DNA from: a virus
Virus record (IMG/VR): IMGVR_UViG_3300043184_000094
Coordinates: 1 to 56,259 of that record
Strand: one strand, 5' to 3'
Length of the DNA stretch: 56,259 nt
Positions within the stretch are counted from its first letter, which is position 1; each line of letters starts with the position of its first letter. The notes below the pieces were generated by a model. The model ran no database searches, had not been told where the DNA came from, and saw only the letters and a program-made list of their open reading frames with translations. The position numbers and the translations under genes were made by a program. Of the stretch, positions 33,009 to 42,789 are shown piece after piece.

Positions 33009-34013
33009 ATGAACGAGACAGCCGGCGACCAGCCAGTCACCGCCGAGCCGGCCGCCCCGGCCCCGGCCGCCGCCGGCGTCCCGGCCGCCCCGGCCCCGGC
33101 CGCCGCCGGCGTCCCGGCCGCCCCGCCGCCGGGGCCGGCGATGCCCGCCGCCGGGGCGGGGGCGTCCGACCCCTACGCCGACCTCCGCCGCGAGCGGGAC
33201 GAGTACCGCCGGCAAGTGGAGCAGTACCGGCCGCTCGCCGAGATGGGCTACCGCTCGTACCAGGCCGAGCAGCAGGCCGCCCGCCAGAGGCAGATGGAGC
33301 GGGAGCAGGCCGAGCGGTCCAGGCCGTGGGTGGACCTGCCGAAGTTCGAGCGGCAGCTGATGCAGTTCGTCGCCCGCGACCCGAGCACCGGCGAGCTCGT
33401 CGCCAAGCCCGGCGCGCCGCCGGACCTCCTGGCCCGCTACCAGGAGTTCCAGCAGCGGTACGAGGAGACGGCCTGGAACCTGGTGACGGCCCCCGAGAAG
33501 GTGCTGGCCGACCCGATCCGCCAGCTCGTCGCCGCCGAGGCCGCCGGGATCGTCCGCGAGCAGATGGCCGAGTACCAGCGGCAGCAGCAGGTGCAGGGCA
33601 TCCTCCGCGACAACTCGTCGTGGCTGTTCGCCCCGGACCCGGGGCCGGCCGGCCGCCCGGTGCTCAGCGAGGCCGGCCGCCTGTTCCACCTGCACGTCCA
33701 GGAGGCGGCGGCGATGGGCATCGCCGACGACGCCCGGCAGGCCGCCTACGCCCGCCGCCAGTTGGAGGCCGACCTGATCCGGCTCCTGCACCAGCGGGCC
33801 GGGGCCGCGCCGACCGCCGCCGCGGCCTCGGCCGCCCAGAAGGACGGGTTCCTGAACGCCGCCGGGGCCAACCGCCCGGCCGCCGCCCCGCCGAGCGCAC
33901 CGCCCGCCGCCGGGCTGTCGCCCGGGGCCGGCGGGGACCGGGCGGTGGCGGCCACCATGATGGCCCGGCTGCGGGCGGCCGGGATCAGCGACGACCACGT
34001 TTTCACCGGCTGA
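33009..34013 (+). CDS. Scaffolding-protein candidate (Gln/Arg/Glu-rich helical), 334 aa
   Basis: Lies immediately upstream of the capsid-like gene. Coiled-coil-like composition. 33-nt tandem duplication (PAAPAPAAAGV x2) at about 33049-33114. Confidence 0.6.
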   Translation: MNETAGDQPVTAEPAAPAPAAAGVPAAPAPAAAGVPAAPPPGPAMPAAGAGASDPYADLRRERDEYRRQVEQYRPLAEMGYRSYQAEQQAARQRQMEREQAERSRPWVDLPKFERQLMQFVARDPSTGELVAKPGAPPDLLARYQEFQQRYEETAWNLVTAPEKVLADPIRQLVAAEAAGIVREQMAEYQRQQQVQGILRDNSSWLFAPDPGPAGRPVLSEAGRLFHLHVQEAAAMGIADDARQAAYARRQLEADLIRLLHQRAGAAPTAAAASAAQKDGFLNAAGANRPAAAPPSAPPAAGLSPGAGGDRAVAATMMARLRAAGISDDHVFTG

Positions 34014-34042
34014 GGCCGCGTCTCTAGGGGGAGGGCAGGGCA

Positions 34043-35131
34043 ATGGCCGAGGCGTGGGCCAGGATCGTGAACACGACGATCTCGGAGTACGTGAGGGGCG
34101 AAGAAGAAAACGTCATGCGGAACCGGAAGCTGACCGCCCTGCTGAAGAAGCGGGGCCGCGTCACCTTCAACCACGCCGGCAAGAACCACGACTGGAAGGT
34201 CCGGTACAAGCGGGCGCTGATGACGGGGTACGCCGACGGCGACACCCTGTCGTTCGCCCGGAAGGACCGCCACAAGTCGGCCGTGCTCGACTGGCGGGGC
34301 TACTCGGCCACCGACTCGGTGACGAAGTTCGAGCAGCTCCAGAACAAGGGCACGGCCGCCATCGTCAGCGTCTTCTCGCAGACGGCGACGATGCTCATGG
34401 ACGACATGACCGACCAGTTCGGCGACGAGCTGTACATCGACGGCAACGCGACCGGGAACTCCAAGCGGATGCACGGCCTGGAGTCCGCGCTCGCCCACGG
34501 CGCGCTCCTGGCGAACAGCCCCGTCCACGCGCCGGCGGACGTGTACGCCGGCCTCCAGTGCTCGCTCGGGCACTACGGCGGGGCGTGGTCGCAGGCGGCC
34601 GGCGCGACGACGTGGCCGGTCGGCACCGGGGACGCCCACTACGACTTCTGGTCGCCGCTGATCGTGGACTACGGCAACGCCGCGTTCAGCGCGACGGCGA
34701 CGTGGGCGGCCAACAGCATCAAGGCGATGCGGTACGGCATCGCCCACCAGGCCCGCAACCGGTCGAAGAAGTCGATGATGGACCTCGTGCTCCTGGACCC
34801 GGACCTGTACCGGCAGTTCCTCGACGCCAACGAGGCGAAGCAGCAGATTCACATCCGCCGGGGGGACGGCCAGGGGCTCGTCAGCCTCGGGTTCGAGGAC
34901 ACGATCAACTTCGACGGGATCGAGGTCACGAAGGAGTTCGGGGTGCCGGCGGCCGTCGGGTACGGGCTGGCCATCGACCAGCTGGAGCTGATGAGCCTCC
35001 AGGGCCAGTTGTTCGAGCCGATGGGGCCGGACATGGAAATCAGCACGAAGGCGTACCGGTTCTCCATCGACTTCTTCGGCAACCTGAAGTTCAACCCGCG
35101 GCACATGGTCAAGTTCCGCAAGGGCAGCTGA
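34043..35131 (+). CDS. Major capsid protein candidate, 362 aa
   Basis: Track ORF with the strongest protein-like signal in the block. Strong G-rich SD. Followed by a 13-bp hairpin. Call rests on size and position only. Confidence 0.65.
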   Translation: MAEAWARIVNTTISEYVRGEEENVMRNRKLTALLKKRGRVTFNHAGKNHDWKVRYKRALMTGYADGDTLSFARKDRHKSAVLDWRGYSATDSVTKFEQLQNKGTAAIVSVFSQTATMLMDDMTDQFGDELYIDGNATGNSKRMHGLESALAHGALLANSPVHAPADVYAGLQCSLGHYGGAWSQAAGATTWPVGTGDAHYDFWSPLIVDYGNAAFSATATWAANSIKAMRYGIAHQARNRSKKSMMDLVLLDPDLYRQFLDANEAKQQIHIRRGDGQGLVSLGFEDTINFDGIEVTKEFGVPAAVGYGLAIDQLELMSLQGQLFEPMGPDMEISTKAYRFSIDFFGNLKFNPRHMVKFRKGS

Positions 35132-35137
35132 CCCACG

Positions 35138-35170
35138 CCCCGCCCGCGCCGGGGGGTGGCGCGGGCGGGG
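35138..35170 (+). terminator. Perfect 13-bp hairpin just after the capsid gene (attenuator/terminator candidate, no U-tract)
   Basis: CCCCGCCCGCGCC-ggggggt-GGCGCGGGCGGGG. Confidence 0.45.
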
Positions 35171-35213
35171 CGGCCGGGCAGGCAGGCGTCCACAGCGAGC
35201 ACCGGAGGCGGCG

Positions 35214-35861
35214 ATGGCCCGCGACAACGACCAGATGTTCGACCGCGGCCAGACCTGGTACGGCCCGGACCAGAGCATCGACGCGAACGACCTCGCCGCC
35301 GCCCACCTGGAGGGCACGGAGAAGACGTTCGAGGACTTGGACTACTCGTCCGGCCCCGGCGCGAAGGCGTACCGGACCGGCAAGCCGGTCCGCTGCCGGG
35401 TCGTCCGGAACGACTCCGGGATCACGCTGCACGCCAAGCAGATGGTCCTGCTCGACGCCGCCCGGACGCGGATCACCGGGCTCGCAAACAACACCAGCCA
35501 GGACGGCTACCCGCTCGACGAGTGGGTCGGCAGCTCGGGCGTCCGCGCCGGCGACCTGTGCTACGTCGTGATGTCCGGCCCGGCGATGATGCTCACCCCG
35601 CTCACCGGGGCGGCGTTCAACGGCGACATCGCGGCCGGCACCCGGCTGAACAGCGTGACGGCCTCCAACGGCACGACCGCCGGCGGGACGACGACCCCGC
35701 CGGGCCGGGTGAGCCAGTTCACCGCCGTGGCGGCGACGACCGCCGGCCAGTTCACCGACATCCTGAACTTCACGGCCAACTTCGTCGGCACCGCGATCAG
35801 CGCCCGGACGACCGCCGAGACGAACTCCGACATCCTGGTGGACTGCCGCTACCGGTACTGA
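35214..35861 (+). CDS. Virion protein candidate (head decoration/auxiliary capsid protein?), 215 aa
   Basis: Track ORF. Gly/Thr/Ala-rich beta-type composition. Adjacent to the capsid gene. Confidence 0.65.
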   Translation: MARDNDQMFDRGQTWYGPDQSIDANDLAAAHLEGTEKTFEDLDYSSGPGAKAYRTGKPVRCRVVRNDSGITLHAKQMVLLDAARTRITGLANNTSQDGYPLDEWVGSSGVRAGDLCYVVMSGPAMMLTPLTGAAFNGDIAAGTRLNSVTASNGTTAGGTTTPPGRVSQFTAVAATTAGQFTDILNFTANFVGTAISARTTAETNSDILVDCRYRY

Positions 35862-35899
35862 GCCGGCCGGCTTCCGCCCCCTACCCCCCGGGGGCCGCG

Positions 35900-36739
35900 A
35901 TGAAGGCGAAGGTGATGGTGGCGCGGTTCCCCTACGGCGGGACCGAGGCCAGCCCGTGCGTGGACTGGCTGATGGCCGCCGACCGGCTCCTGCGGGCCGA
36001 CCGGCGGGTGTCCGCCGTCGAGCACTGGCGGGTCAACGACACCCCGATCACGATGGGCCGCAACCGGGCGATGCGGGTCGCGCGCGCGCTCGACGCCGAC
36101 ATCCTCGTGATGGTCGATTCCGACATGGCCCCGGACCTGTACCTCGGCCAAGACCCGAACGCGAGGCCGTTCCTGGCCGTCGCCCTCGACTTCCTGCTCG
36201 GCCACGCCGGCCCGGCGGTGATCGCCGCCCCGTACCTGGGGCCGCCGCCGCACGAGAACGTGTACGTCTTCCGGTGGCGGAACAAGCAGTCCGACCACCC
36301 GCACGCGGACGCCGAGCTGTCGCAGTACACCCGCGAGGAGGCGGCGGCGATGGGCGGGGTCCACGAGGCCGCCGCCCTGCCGACCGGCCTGATCGCCATC
36401 GACATGCGGTGCCACGACCTCGTGCGGGACGCGAAGCTGGCGGCGGCGAAGGCCGACCCCCGGGTGCGGCCGACGCCGTTCTTCTACTACGAGTGGGCCG
36501 ACGACGACGCGGTGGAGAAGTCCTCGACCGAGGACGTGACGTTCTCCCGCGACCTGAGCCTGGCCGGCGTCCCCCAATACTGCGCGTGGGACTCGTGGGC
36601 CGGCCACATCAAGACGAAGGTCGTCGGCCGCCCGATGCCGTACACGCCCGACGCCGTGGCCGAGTCCCTGCGGCTGGCCGTGGTCAACCGCCACCCCCGC
36701 CGGGGCGAGCGGCTGGTGGACGTCCGCCGGAAGAAGTGA
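35900..36739 (+). CDS. GT-A fold (family-2-like) glycosyltransferase
   Basis: ILVMVDSDM (DxD) and STEDVTFSRDLSLAG. Track ORF 35156..36739 trimmed to MKAKVMVARFPYGG. Confidence 0.7.
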   Translation: MKAKVMVARFPYGGTEASPCVDWLMAADRLLRADRRVSAVEHWRVNDTPITMGRNRAMRVARALDADILVMVDSDMAPDLYLGQDPNARPFLAVALDFLLGHAGPAVIAAPYLGPPPHENVYVFRWRNKQSDHPHADAELSQYTREEAAAMGGVHEAAALPTGLIAIDMRCHDLVRDAKLAAAKADPRVRPTPFFYYEWADDDAVEKSSTEDVTFSRDLSLAGVPQYCAWDSWAGHIKTKVVGRPMPYTPDAVAESLRLAVVNRHPRRGERLVDVRRKK

Positions 36740-36747
36740 GGTGCCAC

Positions 36748-37224
36748 TTGCGGTACTCGAACACCTGCCTGCAAGCGGCGGGGATGACCGTCTCGACCTC
36801 GGCTTATGCGTCCGGGGACTCGATCGGCGGCGCGGTCAAGCTGTCCCGGCTGCTGGAGCAGTACGGGGCCGGGGTGCTGAAGAACGTCGTCGTGATCGAC
36901 AAGGACAACCAGAAGCCGGCGCTCACCATCTTCTTCTTCGACCGCCCGCCCGCGGCGACCGACAACGCGGCGTTCAGCCCGACCGCCGCCGAGATCGCCC
37001 GGTGCATCGGAATGGTCCCGGTGGCGTCCGCCGACTACACGACGGTCGGCTCCCGGGCGGTGGCGAACGTCGACTGCGCCGACGTGCTCCAGGCCCGGCC
37101 GGACACGGCCGGCGACCCGACGCAGGCGGCGGGCGACATCTGGGCGGTGCTGGTGACGACCTCGACCCCGACGTACACGACGACGACCGGCCTCGACCTG
37201 AGGCTGGGCGTCCTCCTCGACTGA
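36748..37224 (+). CDS. Hypothetical virion-block protein, about 158 aa
   Basis: TTG with GAGGTG 4 nt upstream; an ATG at 36784 is an alternative. Protein-like tail of track ORF 35956..37224. Confidence 0.6.
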   Translation: MRYSNTCLQAAGMTVSTSAYASGDSIGGAVKLSRLLEQYGAGVLKNVVVIDKDNQKPALTIFFFDRPPAATDNAAFSPTAAEIARCIGMVPVASADYTTVGSRAVANVDCADVLQARPDTAGDPTQAAGDIWAVLVTTSTPTYTTTTGLDLRLGVLLD

Positions 37225-37235
37225 CCGGAGGCGAC

Positions 37236-37970
37236 GTGAACAGCCTGACCGGCACCCGCCGCGCCCTGCTGGGCGTCACGAGCTCGGCCGGCGGGGGCGG
37301 GGGTAGCCCGCCGCCGCCGAGCGCCCCGGCCGCCGGGGGCGTGTACCGGTTCAACGACTCGATCGACGACTCGTCCGGCAACGGCCGCCACCTGGGCAAC
37401 GTGATCGGCGGCCCGCCCTCGTACCCGGCCGGCAAGTTCGGGCAGGCGCTCGGGGCGACCGGCCAGCCGGCCGTCCGGGCCGGCCGGCTCAACGACCTGC
37501 TCGGGGTCGGCTTCCCCGGGGCGTCGCTGTCCTTCTGGGTCTACCCGGTCGATGTCGACGGCGACCTCAAGGCCCCTGGCGTCCAGTACACGAGCGTCCA
37601 GTACACGAGCGCCCTGAGCGTGACCGTGAACGTCAAGCCAGACGTCGCCCTGCTGGGCACGGCGCTGGCCGCCGCCGTGACGCCCGGCGCGTGGCACCAC
37701 GTCGCGGTGACGCTCGACGGCACGGACACCTACCGGCTGTACGTCGATGGCTCGCTGGCCGGGTCGGAGTCGTCGCCCAGCGCCCTGTCCGGCCTCGCCG
37801 ACATCGAGGGGCTGGTGGCCGACTCGTTCCGCGTCCAGACGGCGGCCGACGAGGAGGGCCAGGTCACGGCCGGGGCGATCGACGACCTGGCGGTGGTGCC
37901 GGCGGTCCTGACCGCCGGCGAGGTGGCGTACCTGTGGAACGGCGGGGCGGGCAACGAGTACCCGGTGTAA
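37236..37970 (+). CDS. LamG/concanavalin-like (Laminin_G_3-type) domain protein, 244 aa
   Basis: GAWHHVAVTLDGTDTYRLYVDGSLAG. GTG with GGAGG 4 nt upstream. (VQYTS)x2 repeat at about 37580-37609. Confidence 0.75.
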   Translation: MNSLTGTRRALLGVTSSAGGGGGSPPPPSAPAAGGVYRFNDSIDDSSGNGRHLGNVIGGPPSYPAGKFGQALGATGQPAVRAGRLNDLLGVGFPGASLSFWVYPVDVDGDLKAPGVQYTSVQYTSALSVTVNVKPDVALLGTALAAAVTPGAWHHVAVTLDGTDTYRLYVDGSLAGSESSPSALSGLADIEGLVADSFRVQTAADEEGQVTAGAIDDLAVVPAVLTAGEVAYLWNGGAGNEYPV

Positions 37971-37993
37971 CCGTGGGGCACCCGGCGGCCATC

Positions 37994-39955
37994 ATGCCAA
38001 GGCGAACGCGAGTGGCGTCCGTGACGCCGACCCGACCGACCGGCCTGCCGCAGACCGCGGCCGGGATCGGGCTGTCGCCGGCCGGCCCGGCGGCGACCAA
38101 CTCGCTCCTGCTGGAGACGGCCCTGTTCGGCCCGGCCGACGTGCCCCTCGACCTGCACTTCGACGGGCAGACGTACCCGTTCCTCGGGGCCGTCCGGTGG
38201 CCGACGGACCGGGCGGTCCGGCTCGCGCTCAACGGCTCGACGCTGGTCCAGGCGCACGCGACCCACCCGCTGTTTCTGTTCCTGACGGCGACGGCGACCG
38301 GGTACTTCCGCAAGTGGGCCGTCGCCCAGGGGCCGGGGCGGCTCGAAACGGCCGGCGGCCCGTGCCTGGCGACCGCCGGGGACAGCCCGTGGCCGGTCCG
38401 GTTCCACCGGCTGCTGCTGGCCGACCTGTTCCTGTTCAGCCCGGCGGCCTACTGCATCGACTTCCGCACCGGGTACTCGAACCGGTGCGAGCTGCGGGAC
38501 GTGGAGGGCGGGCCGGCCGGCCTGCTGCGGTGGCTCCCCGGCCCGGACGAGCCGCACGCCACGTCCAACCTGCTGGTCCGCGGCGGCCGGGCGCACACCA
38601 GCGGCGGCCGTCGCCTCGGGCCGGCGGTCCACCTGGACGGCCACCGGATGTTCGTGCTCGACGGCGTGCAGGTGGAGGGGACGGCCGGGTTCGCCACGCC
38701 GGATGCCGCCGCGGCGGCGGCGGGCGTAACCGGCCTGCTGGCCGTCAACCCCGGCCCGCTGCCGTGCCGGGTCCGCGACTGCTGGTTCGAGACGGACCCG
38801 GCCCCGGGCGAGTTCGACTGGGGCGTCCACAACCCGTTCCCGCAGACGGCCGGCGCGCACCGGCCGGGCAAGGTCACGTTCGCGGGCGGCAAGTGGGACC
38901 GGGGCCGGGCGTCCGCCCACCCGAACGCCCTGGACGTGCTGGCGGTCGAGCTCGCGGACGTGGACGGCGAGCCGCACGTCGAGGAGGCCGGCCGGGTCCA
39001 GGTCGCCCGCGTCGGCGGCTACCACCTGCCGGCCGACACCGCCTGCCGGGACGGGACGCAGGACTCGACGGCCAACCAAGTCGGCCGGCACGAGCCGGCC
39101 CCGCGGCTGCTGTACCGGTTCCCTGGCGGCACCGGGATCGACGCCCCCGACCTGCTCCCCGGGCCGGCCCTGTGCTGGCCGCACCGCCACCCGGTGTACG
39201 GGGCGTGCTTGGCGGTCAAGGGGCACGGGCACGCCCTCGCCGGCGGCACCCAGCGACGGGGCCGCCGCGCCGGGCGCGACGACGGCCCGGCGTTCACCCG
39301 TGCGCTGGTCGCCGCCCCGCACCACCGCCGGCTGACCGGCCACCACGCGATCTGGCTGCGGCTGGGCGGGTTCGGCGGCCCGACCGAGTACGCGGCCGTC
39401 GCCGACGGGTTTAACCCGACCGCCGTCGGGTGGGGCCTGCCGCCGGGCGGCTGGGCCGAGCGGGTGATCGACGTGGCCGAGTGGAAGGACGCCCGCGGCG
39501 GCACGCTCGGCCACCCGCCGGAGCCGCTGGTCCTGGTCTACGCCCTGACGACCGCCGAGGCCGCCCCCGCCGGGTGCGAGCCGGCGCTCGGGCCGATCAC
39601 CTGCTACGAGCGGTTGCCCGGGGACGGCCCGCCGCCGGGCACCTACGGCGTCGGCGATACGGTCCGCGGCCGGGACGGCCGGGGCGTCTGGGAGTGCACC
39701 CGCGCCGGCACCAGCCGGCCGCTCGCCCTGCCCGTGACGCTGGTCGCCGGGTCGGCGGTGGCGAACGCCGACAACGACTCCGACTTGACCCGCGTGCTCG
39801 AAGGGGACTGGGTGGACGTGCCCGGCACCGGGACGGCCCGGGTGGACCGGATCAACGACGACGGCACCGTGACGCTCAGCCGGCCGGCCGCCGAGGGCGG
39901 CCCGGTAACGCTGACCAACCGCGGCCCGCTGTTCGCGGACCGCGCTACCGCTTGA
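37994..39955 (+). CDS. Large virion protein (fibre/spike-sized), about 653 aa
   Basis: Protein-like part of track ORF 37691..39955. An alternative GTG start is at 37973. Confidence 0.7.
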   Translation: MPRRTRVASVTPTRPTGLPQTAAGIGLSPAGPAATNSLLLETALFGPADVPLDLHFDGQTYPFLGAVRWPTDRAVRLALNGSTLVQAHATHPLFLFLTATATGYFRKWAVAQGPGRLETAGGPCLATAGDSPWPVRFHRLLLADLFLFSPAAYCIDFRTGYSNRCELRDVEGGPAGLLRWLPGPDEPHATSNLLVRGGRAHTSGGRRLGPAVHLDGHRMFVLDGVQVEGTAGFATPDAAAAAAGVTGLLAVNPGPLPCRVRDCWFETDPAPGEFDWGVHNPFPQTAGAHRPGKVTFAGGKWDRGRASAHPNALDVLAVELADVDGEPHVEEAGRVQVARVGGYHLPADTACRDGTQDSTANQVGRHEPAPRLLYRFPGGTGIDAPDLLPGPALCWPHRHPVYGACLAVKGHGHALAGGTQRRGRRAGRDDGPAFTRALVAAPHHRRLTGHHAIWLRLGGFGGPTEYAAVADGFNPTAVGWGLPPGGWAERVIDVAEWKDARGGTLGHPPEPLVLVYALTTAEAAPAGCEPALGPITCYERLPGDGPPPGTYGVGDTVRGRDGRGVWECTRAGTSRPLALPVTLVAGSAVANADNDSDLTRVLEGDWVDVPGTGTARVDRINDDGTVTLSRPAAEGGPVTLTNRGPLFADRATA

Positions 39956-39963
39956 GGTGCCCG

Positions 39964-40293
39964 ATGCCGAAGCTGATCGAGCTGGCCGGCTGGCTGTTCA
40001 AGCTCGGCCCGTTGCAGGGATACCGGACGTACCTCGCCGCCGCCGGGGCGCTGGCCGGGGCCGTGTACTTCTTCGCCCTGGGCGACTACGAGAAGGCGGC
40101 GGCGTCGCTCGTCGCCTTCCTGGGTCTGGTCGGCCTCCGCGGGGCCGGCGACCCGCCAGCCCCGACGCCAGCCCCCCTGCCCGAGCCACCGCGGTACACG
40201 CCGCCCGACGAGCCGACACCCCTGCCGAGCGTGCTGCGGTCGCCGGCCGAGGCCCACGCTTGGCGGAACGAGGTCGCCGCCACGCCCGCTTAA
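39964..40293 (+). CDS. Holin-like small membrane protein (two hydrophobic helices, Pro-rich tail), 109 aa
   Basis: YLAAAGALAGAVYFFALG and AAASLVAFLGLVGL. GAGGTG upstream of the ATG. Confidence 0.5.
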   Translation: MPKLIELAGWLFKLGPLQGYRTYLAAAGALAGAVYFFALGDYEKAAASLVAFLGLVGLRGAGDPPAPTPAPLPEPPRYTPPDEPTPLPSVLRSPAEAHAWRNEVAATPA

Positions 40294-40352
40294 TGGCGGG
40301 CTTGGCGGCCCTGGCGGCCCGCCTTACGCCCCCTGCATCCGGAGATCGACCC

Positions 40353-42134
40353 ATGCGGCTTTCGCGGCTACTCGCCATCCCGATCATGGTGTCGGCGTGC
40401 GCCGCCGCCCGCGGCCAGCCGGCGGCTGGCGCGTTCACCGCCACCGCCAAGCCGATCAGCCCCGATGGCACGCGGGCTACCATCGACCTGCCGGTCGCCC
40501 GGCACATGCGGAACGTCGGCGGGTCCGACGGGGCCGGCCTGTGCGTGTACACCGCGGTGACGCACGACGCCGACTGGCAGAACGTGCCGGGCTTCCTTGG
40601 CTTCCGCAAGTGGGCCGAGTCGCGGCCGGGTGGCAGCTACCCGGACAAGCTGGACGCCGACATCGCCGCGTTCGCCGCGCGGCTCGGGTCCAAGCCCCCC
40701 GGCTACGTCCAGCACACCGGCGGGGACGCGACCTTCCTGGAGCTCGCCCTGCGGACCGGCCGGGCGCTGGGCGTGACGTATGCGGGGAACGACGGGTTCT
40801 ACAACGAGACGATCGCGCACATGGTCAACCTGTGCCACCTCGACGCGACCCGGGCGGCGATCCTCGACAACAACCGCCCGGGGCGGTGGGTGTGGATGAC
40901 CCGGGCCGAGTTCCTGGAGCGGTGGCGGGGGGTGCACGCGGACGGCCGGCCCATGACGGTACGCGACGGCCGCCGCAACGTCCCGGTCGGCGGCGGCTGG
41001 GCGTTCGTGTGGCTCGCCGCCCCGCCGCCGCCGTACCCGACCCCGCCCGAGGGCGCGCCGGCCGCCCGCCGCGAGCCCCTTCAGTTGGAGGGGCCGAACT
41101 TCGGCATCGTGCTGGAGAAGATGCCAAGCCAGCCGCCCGCAGAACAGGCCCCGCCCGGCACCAACTTCGGGATCGACACCCGCCGGCTGTCCACGGCCGG
41201 CCGGCGGTACTCCGTCAACGGGGTGGGCGTGAACCAGTCCGCCGCCGAGGCGATCCTGGCCGACGACAGCAGCCGGTACTCGCTGTCCGTGGTCGGCACG
41301 CCCGACTTCCAGGCCACGGTGCGGGACGTGGTGGGCCAGTTGCCCGAGGGGGTCCGGGGCCAACTCCGGGTGACGGACTACGCCCCCGACCAGTGGCAAC
41401 CGAAGCAGTTTTCCATCGCGGCGGGGGTGGTGATCCGCAAGCCGACGACGACCCGGGTGGGCGGTTCGGTCGGGGCGTGCCCGCCCACGGCCGGGGCCGA
41501 CGAGGTGCGGGCGGCGATCCTGACGGCCCTCAACGTGGCGACGCCACCGGCCCCGGCCCCCGGGCCGGTGCCGTCGCCGGTGACGATCGCGCTGGGGTTC
41601 GGCGACCTCACCCCGGCCGCCCAGGCCCGGCTGCGGGACGCCGGCGTCACCCGGCTGGACGTGGCGGCCGAGATCGTCCCGCCGCTCGCGGCCCCGGTTA
41701 CGCCGGCGAACCCGCCCAAGCCGATGCCGGCGAAGGCGGAGGCGGAGGCGGGCCTGACGCCCGACCAGCGGTGGGCCGCCGCCCGGCGGGAGGTGGAGGC
41801 CGGGCTCCCGGTGGTGGTGGCTGTCGGCGTGCCCGGCGTGCCCGGCGTGCCGGAGTACGTCCGGCAGTGGGAGTTCCCGAGCGGGTTCAAGGGCATCCCG
41901 GACGGGGTGTACGACTGCCGGCTGGTCGCCGGCGAGCCGCAGATGTTCCGCCGGGCTGGCCTAGGCGTCGGGCCGGCCGCATTCCCCGGACCGGCCGGCC
42001 CGGGGAGCGGCCCGCCGGCTCACTTCCCGACCGGGCAACAGCCCCGCTTCCTACCGCCGGTGCTGCCGCAGTACCGGCGGGCGTTCCAGCCGCTCGCCCC
42101 GCCCGGCGGGTGCGGCCCGTGGGGTTGCCGGTGA
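40353..42134 (+). CDS. Secreted protein with papain-like Cys/His domain (endolysin or virion peptidase candidate), about 593 aa
   Basis: Signal-like MRLSRLLAIPIMVSACAAARG. GAGLCVYTAV ... IAHMVNLCHLD ... DNN. Pro-rich linkers. An alternative start is at 40293 (TAATG). Confidence 0.5.
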   Translation: MRLSRLLAIPIMVSACAAARGQPAAGAFTATAKPISPDGTRATIDLPVARHMRNVGGSDGAGLCVYTAVTHDADWQNVPGFLGFRKWAESRPGGSYPDKLDADIAAFAARLGSKPPGYVQHTGGDATFLELALRTGRALGVTYAGNDGFYNETIAHMVNLCHLDATRAAILDNNRPGRWVWMTRAEFLERWRGVHADGRPMTVRDGRRNVPVGGGWAFVWLAAPPPPYPTPPEGAPAARREPLQLEGPNFGIVLEKMPSQPPAEQAPPGTNFGIDTRRLSTAGRRYSVNGVGVNQSAAEAILADDSSRYSLSVVGTPDFQATVRDVVGQLPEGVRGQLRVTDYAPDQWQPKQFSIAAGVVIRKPTTTRVGGSVGACPPTAGADEVRAAILTALNVATPPAPAPGPVPSPVTIALGFGDLTPAAQARLRDAGVTRLDVAAEIVPPLAAPVTPANPPKPMPAKAEAEAGLTPDQRWAAARREVEAGLPVVVAVGVPGVPGVPEYVRQWEFPSGFKGIPDGVYDCRLVAGEPQMFRRAGLGVGPAAFPGPAGPGSGPPAHFPTGQQPRFLPPVLPQYRRAFQPLAPPGGCGPWGCR

Positions 42135-42202
42135 CGACCCGATGCTGGCGGGCGGGCCGGCGCTTGCCGGCGTGCCCCGTTAACACCTTACCCGAGGGGA
42201 CT

Positions 42203-42451
42203 ATGGCCACCGCAACGGCGACCGCGGTTTGGGGCAGCGACCGGCTTCTGGAGGCGGTCCGGAGCGCCGGCTGGCGGTACGACATCGGCGACCCGGTGGC
42301 CCGCGTGGCGGACGGGCAGGCCGGCGTGGTCGCCGAGCGGCTGCTGACGGAAACGACCGCCGGCCTAGAGCGGTGGTATCTCGTCGCCTACGACTCGTGC
42401 GACCTAGCCAGCCGGGAACTCGAACTGGAGCGGGCCGCCGCCGGCGACTGA
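42203..42451 (+). CDS. Hypothetical protein, 82 aa
   Basis: Protein-like tail of track ORF 40397..42451. GAGGGG upstream of the ATG. Confidence 0.55.
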   Translation: MATATATAVWGSDRLLEAVRSAGWRYDIGDPVARVADGQAGVVAERLLTETTAGLERWYLVAYDSCDLASRELELERAAAGD

Positions 42452-42453
42452 GC

Positions 42454-42789
42454 ATGCCGCACAGCTACCAGGAGAAGAAGGCGAGCCGGGAGCTGAAGCA
42501 GCGGACGCTGGACCGGCTGACCGGCAAGGCGCTGGTCCCGACCCAGCACGAGTTCCTGGAGGAGTTGATCCGGCTGGCCGGCGGCCCGCGGGCGCTGGCC
42601 GCCCTGATCTACAAGGAGATGTCCTCGGAGAGGTGCCCGCCGACGCTGAAGGCCAGGGTGCTGGACACCGTGCTCCGGGCGATGAAGGCGGTCGAGGACG
42701 TGACCGGGCCGCCCGAGGTGTCCGACCTGACCGACGACGAGCTCGTACAGTTGATCGCCGACCGCGTGGGGAAGCTGGATGCCGGGTGA
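42454..42789 (+). CDS. Small terminase subunit candidate (position-based), 111 aa
   Basis: Lies directly upstream of, and overlaps, the large terminase. Basic helical protein. Confidence 0.5.
   Translation: MPHSYQEKKASRELKQRTLDRLTGKALVPTQHEFLEELIRLAGGPRALAALIYKEMSSERCPPTLKARVLDTVLRAMKAVEDVTGPPEVSDLTDDELVQLIADRVGKLDAG

Noticed and set aside
35862-35899. The CCCCCCGGGGG palindrome between 35214..35861 and the glycosyltransferase, considered as a terminator.
   Set aside because: It is short, has no U-tract, and the next ATG follows immediately. That is not enough evidence to call a terminator.
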